IMG/VR virus record: IMGVR_UViG_2061766007_001281
Source: an uncultured virus (IMG/VR IMGVR_UViG_2061766007_001281)
Taxonomy: Duplodnaviria; Heunggongvirae; Uroviricota; Caudoviricetes
Length of the DNA: 64,000 nucleotides
Direction: 5' to 3' (one strand)
The translations under genes were made by a program, and so were the position numbers. Of this stretch, positions 58,290 to 64,000 are shown one piece after another. The notes under the pieces are model-generated. The model saw nothing but the letters and a program-made list of their open reading frames with translations. It was not told the DNA's origin and did no database searches. The stretch's first letter is position 1. Every line of letters begins with the position of its first letter.

Positions 58290-60716
58290 ATGACACGAAG
58301 AATCATATCAGGCCGTAACGCGGTGCGTTTCGTCAAAGATCCACCGCCAGGCGAGAAAGGTGACAGCCTCGTGAGTTTCACCGTCTATTTCAAGCTGACA
58401 CGGACGCTGGAACCGCCGTCAACACTATATGTGGATGAGGCACACGGCTGGTATGCCACCACCTCCGCGTCATGTCCGCGTGCCGCGACCGCCGAGTATC
58501 CGTTCCTGTGGGAGTATGACGTGTATGTCTTTGACAACGAGTCTCTCAACAAACAGGTGCTGAAACTGGCACAGACCATGCAGTCCGACATACGTCCTAA
58601 CCTGCTGGAGCAGACGGCCTTTGAGCCGGGTTACATGGATAAATGGCAGAACGTAGGTCATAGCGAGGGTGCAATCAATGTGGACGTGCATAACGGTCAT
58701 AACGCATACGGTCACATGCCTATCGCACGGTGGCAGGACGGCAGTCAAAACTGGTATAACTATTACAACATGCTCGTCCAGCGTGTGATGAACGACCAGG
58801 AGGGCTGGACCAAACTCAAAGGTGATTCATGGTACACACTTTCCTTCTGGGCACGTACACGTATATATGAGAACGCCACAAGCAACCTATACGGCTTCAA
58901 TTTCCGGACGCTACAATTGCATCCTGGCACATACCGTCTGACATTCAACGGTCACTGCTCTGCAGATGCGGTGAGTAAAGGCAACTACCTGGGTGTTGCT
59001 GTGTTCTTACAGGATGCACAAGATCACTGGGTGAAGTCCTTATGCTCATGGTGGAACTCCAGCTCCATCCTGACAGAGACTGTAGATACGACCAAGACAT
59101 GTCCAGGTACACTCACCATAACGGTAGAGGAGGAAGCAACCTATACCGCTAAGATAGGTTTCTATGCCTTTAAGAACGGATATGTCACTGGTGATCCGTT
59201 GGGTGACGTGACAATCAACTGGTGGAAACTGGAGGATGTGTCGGATAATGACCACGGCTTGCTGAACGTATATTGTTACTCCAGCGTGCAGACCGAACCG
59301 CTGATGCCTGGTGCCACCTTCTTTGTGGATGGTAAGGTGATGGAGCATGCGCAGGAGATAGACGGCTGTACCGCGTTCCACCTGGCTGATGACGAGGGTG
59401 ACAGCGAGGGCTGGACCAGACACTGGGTGGCATGGCGTACCAAGCAGGTGATACCGGAAGCCATACAAAACGTTCTGTGGCGCGGATTCAGGACCTACGT
59501 GGAGATAAGCCAGCCCAAGCTGGAGGAGGGTATCATGCCGACCGACTGGTGTCCTAATGACAACGATCCACAAGTGCATTACTCACATAACCCACGTGGT
59601 GACTGGTGGAGTACTCAAGCAGCACAGTTAGACGGTCATCCTGAGAAAGCGGTGTATCGTTATTACATGGGAATACGTGATGTTGTCAGGGCACGTACAG
59701 AGAACGCCAATGTCAAAACGTGGTTCCGTATGAAAAAACGTACCGATTCCAACGGATATACGTCAAATACAGAGCCGTATCTGGATACCGAACACTGGGA
59801 GAGAGCGTCACAGCTGAATTTCGCTGCATCAGAGCTTATCATGGCGGAGCAGGCCGTGATAGAGAACGCTATCGTGCGTATGCTACGTACCAATGACCGT
59901 AACGGAGCAGATAAGAAATGCGTTGAGGTGAACGGCAATCAGATGTGTGTATATGACACCAACGGAAACCTTAAAGGTCGCTTGTGCGGTGAAAATATAT
60001 CCAGTAGCGGTGTCGGACAAACACAGGCCGTGCCGACACTGAGTAACACAATGAAAGCCCAGGATAGGAACACTATCGAATATGAGGAGGATATTACTCT
60101 ATGGAATTTTGAAGTCACTGCAACCAACAACAAGGTTGTAATTCCTATGTTCCTTTTCCAGATGAGGCTCGCTGCAACAAAGATGTCACGATGCAGAGCT
60201 TATGCCTATCTCTATATGATGATAGACGATACCGTATTGGAAGGTGACAGACGTAAACGCAGTTGGGACTATGGACAATTGCCAGTTGGGACTACATGGG
60301 AATATGGTGAATCTACCGGTTGGCTGGGAGAGCTGTTCAATTATCATGAGCTTAACCTATCGGTAGGACAGCACCGCTTACACCTTTACACCGCTGTTTA
60401 CTTCCATGCCAATCAGGATTATCAAGGTCTCATGTTGTCATATCAGTACGGTCCCAATTCTTCCGGAGCGAACTATGTGTTGGATTATACCACTGATATT
60501 CTTGAGATAGGAGCCAACGGCTTGAAAGCTGTCTTTGGCAGTGCGCTCAGTATCGCTCAGTTCACCAAGGATAACAACGTATTGAAGATAGCGTTCCGTT
60601 CGCAGGGTTACGGCATAGAGATAACGCCGGACGGCATAAAAGTCTGGCTGAACAACACCGCCTACTGGCTGGGAAGGAACAACACCGGCCAGGCGACACT
60701 TACAGCTGTTACTTAA
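58290..60716 (+). CDS. Putative tail fibre / carbohydrate-binding structural protein
   Basis: 808 aa; PNLL...YTLSFWAR...QPKLEEGIMPTDWCP resembles CBM-like tail modules. Confidence 0.65.
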   Translation: MTRRIISGRNAVRFVKDPPPGEKGDSLVSFTVYFKLTRTLEPPSTLYVDEAHGWYATTSASCPRAATAEYPFLWEYDVYVFDNESLNKQVLKLAQTMQSDIRPNLLEQTAFEPGYMDKWQNVGHSEGAINVDVHNGHNAYGHMPIARWQDGSQNWYNYYNMLVQRVMNDQEGWTKLKGDSWYTLSFWARTRIYENATSNLYGFNFRTLQLHPGTYRLTFNGHCSADAVSKGNYLGVAVFLQDAQDHWVKSLCSWWNSSSILTETVDTTKTCPGTLTITVEEEATYTAKIGFYAFKNGYVTGDPLGDVTINWWKLEDVSDNDHGLLNVYCYSSVQTEPLMPGATFFVDGKVMEHAQEIDGCTAFHLADDEGDSEGWTRHWVAWRTKQVIPEAIQNVLWRGFRTYVEISQPKLEEGIMPTDWCPNDNDPQVHYSHNPRGDWWSTQAAQLDGHPEKAVYRYYMGIRDVVRARTENANVKTWFRMKKRTDSNGYTSNTEPYLDTEHWERASQLNFAASELIMAEQAVIENAIVRMLRTNDRNGADKKCVEVNGNQMCVYDTNGNLKGRLCGENISSSGVGQTQAVPTLSNTMKAQDRNTIEYEEDITLWNFEVTATNNKVVIPMFLFQMRLAATKMSRCRAYAYLYMMIDDTVLEGDRRKRSWDYGQLPVGTTWEYGESTGWLGELFNYHELNLSVGQHRLHLYTAVYFHANQDYQGLMLSYQYGPNSSGANYVLDYTTDILEIGANGLKAVFGSALSIAQFTKDNNVLKIAFRSQGYGIEITPDGIKVWLNNTAYWLGRNNTGQATLTAVT

Positions 60717-60737
60717 TCACTAACTATAAGTAAAACT

Positions 60738-61067
60738 ATGGTAGAAATGTTTTTGACGCTGACATTTGCGATAGCAGGTGTGGCAACGATGGCAAGTGAG
60801 GCCATTAAGAGAGTTATCAACACAGACAACAAAGCCGTCAACGCGGTCGTCTCATGGGTAGTGGCAATCGCGCTCACCTATGGCGCGTGGTTTATCGGTT
60901 ACACACCGGCTATCTCACAGCCTGCATGGTTGTGGGTTCTGATTGAAGGTGTGCTTGTGGGCCTGGCTTCAACCGGTATCTATGACAAGGCCGTCATAAA
61001 GAAGATTTATGACTGGATATTCTCATGGATCAACGGCGAGAAGTGGTATGACAAGATTAAAGACTAA
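60738..61067 (+). CDS. Holin-like membrane protein with three TM segments
   Basis: Three hydrophobic helices and a GLASTGIYD motif. Confidence 0.65.
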   Translation: MVEMFLTLTFAIAGVATMASEAIKRVINTDNKAVNAVVSWVVAIALTYGAWFIGYTPAISQPAWLWVLIEGVLVGLASTGIYDKAVIKKIYDWIFSWINGEKWYDKIKD

Positions 61068-61180
61068 AGTGAGTTATGGCAAAGAGCAGACGCAGCAGCA
61101 GCCGTGGCAAGNNNNNNNNNNCGGCCGCGTCCCATGGCAACCAAGATGGGTGTGACACGTAACGGACGCAGGACACACTG

Positions 61181-61550
61181 ATGGACCGCAAGCGTGTAAA
61201 CAGATATGCGGTATTGTGGATAAAGTACCTGCCGATAGCGGCNNNNNNNNNNNNNNNNNNNNNNNNNNNNNNTCTTCGGCTTTAACTTTGAGGCCGTGGG
61301 CTACCTGTTCAACATTCTGGTGTTCATAGGTCTGATACTGCTGTCATACGTGCTTCAGTTCTGTGCGTGGCACAGGTGTCTGATATGGTATGTGCTGGGC
61401 TGCCAGCTGCTTAACGCCTTTGACTATTACATCGGGATACCGGTAAGCAACAAGGGATTCTTCATGATCCACGTGTTGCTTATCGGTATCACCATCATTG
61501 CACTGACTTATCATCATGTCAAGAAAAACCAAAGAGGAGGAGCTGATTGA
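61181..61550 (+). CDS. Small multi-TM membrane protein (joined across a gap)
   Basis: Hydrophobic ORF starting at ATG 61181. Confidence 0.5.
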
Positions 61551-61827
61551 TGTGCTGGACGGTGTGACCTCCGCTTTGAAGTCCGGCAACTCACATCTTT
61601 CGGACAGCCAGGCAGAGAGCGCGCTGGATGCGCTTCATACGGTTATCAGTCCTGACGTGAGCAAATATGACGCGACACGTATCATGGGAGTGAGACGTAC
61701 ACGTTATGACGAGCTGGTAGCCGAGGGCCGTGCGCCCAAGGGTGAACACCGCATAGGGTTCAATGAGCTGCATTTCAACCGTCATAAGGTGGAGAAGGCA
61801 GCGAAAGAATATAACAGAAAGACATAA
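61516..61827 (+). CDS. HTH / excisionase-like DNA-binding protein
   Basis: VSKYDATRIMGVRRTRYDELVAEGRAPKG. Confidence 0.6.
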   Translation: MSRKTKEEELIDVLDGVTSALKSGNSHLSDSQAESALDALHTVISPDVSKYDATRIMGVRRTRYDELVAEGRAPKGEHRIGFNELHFNRHKVEKAAKEYNRKT

Positions 61828-61858
61828 CCGCTTGTAAATAGCTGATTTTGTTGTTAGT

Positions 61859-61909
61859 ATGGCGCTTTACGGTAATGATAGGATACCGTAGAGCGCCATC
61901 GTACTTTTG
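61859..61909 (+). promoter_or_regulatory. 16-bp inverted repeat abutting a TAnnTTTG -7 element
   Basis: ATGGCGCTTTACGGTA-N9-TACCGTAGAGCGCCAT, then TACTTTTG at 61902-61909. Confidence 0.55.
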
Positions 61910-61956
61910 TGGCATAACCGGTTACAATTCATTGTTTAACTAACTAAAAGTAGATT

Positions 61957-62818
61957 ATGTCAGAAATAGTACAACTCCCGGATAACAACTCCGGTAACGG
62001 CAACCTGCCGTTTTCTATTCCTATCGGTGGCGGTAACGGCCTGTNNNNNNNNNNNNNNNNNNNNNNNNNNNNNNNNNNNNNNNNNNNNNNNNNNNNNNNN
62101 NNNNNNGAACAACGGCGGCGGTTTCGGCGGTTGGGGTGGTAACGCTGGCGGTGCTGGGTTCCTCAGCAACCAGCTTAACAACGACAGCGGTCGTGAGCTT
62201 ATCATGAACGCCATTAACAGCAACGGCGAGGCATCACGCAGCGCCATTCAGAACCTTGCAACCATGCTCGGTCAGGATTACAACACCGTCTTTGCCGCTG
62301 TACAGAACGTACAGAGCGCGCTGGCTACCCTCGCCGCACAGCAGGGTATGTCAACACTGCAGGTGGTGAACGCTATCCAGTCGGGTGACGCTGCGCTGGC
62401 CAGCCAGTTCCAGAAGTGCTGCTGTGACAACCAGCTTGCCATCTGCCAGCAGACCAACGCACTCCAGTCACAGGCAGACCGTAACACCAACTCACTGATG
62501 AACGCCATCGCAGGACAGAACACCCTCATCACAAAGGAGTTCTGTGACCTCAAGGAGCGTGAGTTGCAGAATAAGATTGACGCTCAGGGTGACATCATCA
62601 CCCAGCTGCGCGGTCAGATTGACAACGCCAACCAGAGCAATCAGATCATCGGTTACATCAACAGCGTGATTGCGCCGTTGCAGACCAAGCTGACCGAGAT
62701 TGCAGGTAAGATTCCCAACACCGTACCCGTCCAGTATCCTAACCTTGTGGCTGTGAACAACACACCCTACAACGGCGGTTACTACGGTATAGGTATGGGT
62801 AACGGTTTCTCATTCTAA
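61957..62818 (+). CDS. Gly/Asn/Gln-rich coiled-coil protein with a CCC motif, function unknown
   Basis: GGGFGGWGG, QKCCCDNQLAICQQT; joined across an N gap. Confidence 0.7.
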
Positions 62819-62831
62819 ACCATGTGCCGTT

Positions 62832-63170
62832 ATGGGATGCAACAATGTGACCGTAAATGTAGGCGGTGTGCCGTACATGGACGTGCGCAGCGTGCAGGTG
62901 ACGACAGAGGAGGTGAACCTGGCACTGGGGTTCCGCCGTATCGCACCTGTGGGGCTGCTGGCTGTCCGTGTGGGCACTGCCATACCGGAGGGCACGACAG
63001 GGACGCTGCCTGTCATGCTGACACTCAACGGTACGTCACGCCAGCTGACAACGCTGGGAGGGACGGCTGTCACTGCTGCGGACATTGCAGGAACCGGTGT
63101 GATACTGGTGTTCAATGACCTGTTCAACGGTATCCTGCAGGTGGTATCGCCACTGACAGCGACAGCGTGA
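62832..63170 (+). CDS. Hypothetical beta-rich protein
   Basis: 112-aa ORF in the operon. Confidence 0.65.
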   Translation: MGCNNVTVNVGGVPYMDVRSVQVTTEEVNLALGFRRIAPVGLLAVRVGTAIPEGTTGTLPVMLTLNGTSRQLTTLGGTAVTAADIAGTGVILVFNDLFNGILQVVSPLTATA

Positions 63171-63206
63171 GTAAACCAGAGTACTAACAACTAACAATTT
63201 ATCAAC

Positions 63207-63731
63207 ATGGATTTCAATTCACTTGGGCAAGGCAGCCCATTCTATATACTGAGACGCACTGATTCCAAGCCGGTACTGGAAGTGGGCACCGTAAAGTCCA
63301 AGACCATGCCGCAGCCGATGTATCAGGCTCAAGCTGTGCCGACCGCGTTCAACGGCCTGAACGCACAGCAGGTGATAAGCATAACGGTGACGGTGGATAA
63401 CAAGGATGAGGTCTTTCCTTCTGTGCCTGTAAACGTAGAGATTGCCGAGCGCGGTAAAGACACGTTCACAGGCAGCCGTGAAGCTATGCTGCAAGCGGTG
63501 GATGCGATGATGCAGGCTTCAAAGAAAGCACTGGGAGAGAAGAATTACCATGAGAACGTGCTGACCGAAGGGGAGAAGATGCTGGAGACGCTCAACCCGC
63601 GTTATGCGGAGGAGAAGAACCAGGCACGTACCATGGCCGAACTTCAGAACAGGGTGAACGACCAGGACAAAAAGCTGGATGACATGAAAGCGCTGATGGA
63701 TAAGATACTGACGGCTGTCCAGCCCAAGTGA
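63207..63731 (+). CDS. Hypothetical protein with a C-terminal coiled coil
   Basis: 174-aa ORF. Confidence 0.7.
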   Translation: MDFNSLGQGSPFYILRRTDSKPVLEVGTVKSKTMPQPMYQAQAVPTAFNGLNAQQVISITVTVDNKDEVFPSVPVNVEIAERGKDTFTGSREAMLQAVDAMMQASKKALGEKNYHENVLTEGEKMLETLNPRYAEEKNQARTMAELQNRVNDQDKKLDDMKALMDKILTAVQPK

Positions 63732-63756
63732 TTGTTTTCCTTCAAATACTACGATT

Positions 63757-64000
63757 ATGCCATACATTGTGATAAATGACAAGGACGAGCGCTCAGGTAT
63801 GCGCTCTGACATGCGTGAGAGTATGCGTTCATCGCACATGCGCCATTATCCCATGCACTACAAGAATGACAGCTCCGAGTACCAGGAAGGTTACAGCAAG
63901 GGCTACATGGAAGGCTGGGAGGACGCAGAGAAGGAATTGTGTGACGAGAAGGACGGACAGATGCGTGAGGAATACAGGCGCAGACGCGACCGTATGGGAC
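63757..64000 (+). CDS. Hypothetical protein, truncated by the window end
   Basis: MPYIVINDKDERSGMRSDMRESMR...EYRRRRDRMG, open to the end. Confidence 0.6.
   Translation, partial: MPYIVINDKDERSGMRSDMRESMRSSHMRHYPMHYKNDSSEYQEGYSKGYMEGWEDAEKELCDEKDGQMREEYRRRRDRMG

Larger units (their letters stand above)
1..64000. mobile_element. Temperate phage/prophage genome segment, Bacteroidales-type, probably podovirus-like
   Basis: Integrase, divergent HTH repressors, terminase, portal, capsid, lysis genes and a DGR are present; no host housekeeping genes recognised. Confidence 0.93.

Noticed and set aside
1..64000. Alternative genetic code (stop-codon reassignment)
   Set aside because: Genes are long and densely packed under the standard code, and all three stop codons terminate genes

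Overview
The whole window looks like a temperate Bacteroidales-type tailed phage or prophage. The host inference rests on TAnnTTTG promoter elements and an Arm-domain tyrosine integrase. From left to right: (1) a leftward early/replication region, 1-9.6 kb, with many small genes, a RuvC-like resolvase, a DUF4373-like replication protein, an excisionase-like HTH and a tRNA; (2) a cro/cI-like switch and integrase, 9.3-11.4 kb; (3) a mostly rightward morphogenesis region with a probable single giant polyvalent protein of about 7,200 aa (zincin motifs, N6-methyltransferase, SNF2 helicase), a lysis cassette, portal, an inverted terminase/rhomboid operon, major capsid and tail genes; (4) a complete diversity-generating retroelement (DGR); (5) a Gly/Gln-rich operon of unknown function. 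No tape-measure, tube or sheath gene was recognised, so it is probably podovirus-like. Top findings: (a) a stand-alone Cas7/RAMP-like gene (3079-3657) immediately followed by a non-coding array of three blocks of 5-nt RGY-NN units separated by a conserved 13-nt linker, a candidate RNA-guided system with a non-contiguous guide code; (b) the DGR template repeat also matches, with adenine-only differences, a second target gene about 56 kb away in the early region; (c) a 17-bp motif occurs four times at identical spacing from a TTTG element in front of late operons; (d) a rhomboid protease lies next to a capsid gene that has a hydrophobic leader. Many N-runs break the reading frames, so genes are joined across gaps where the frames allow. 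All family assignments come from motifs recognised by eye, not from database searches.
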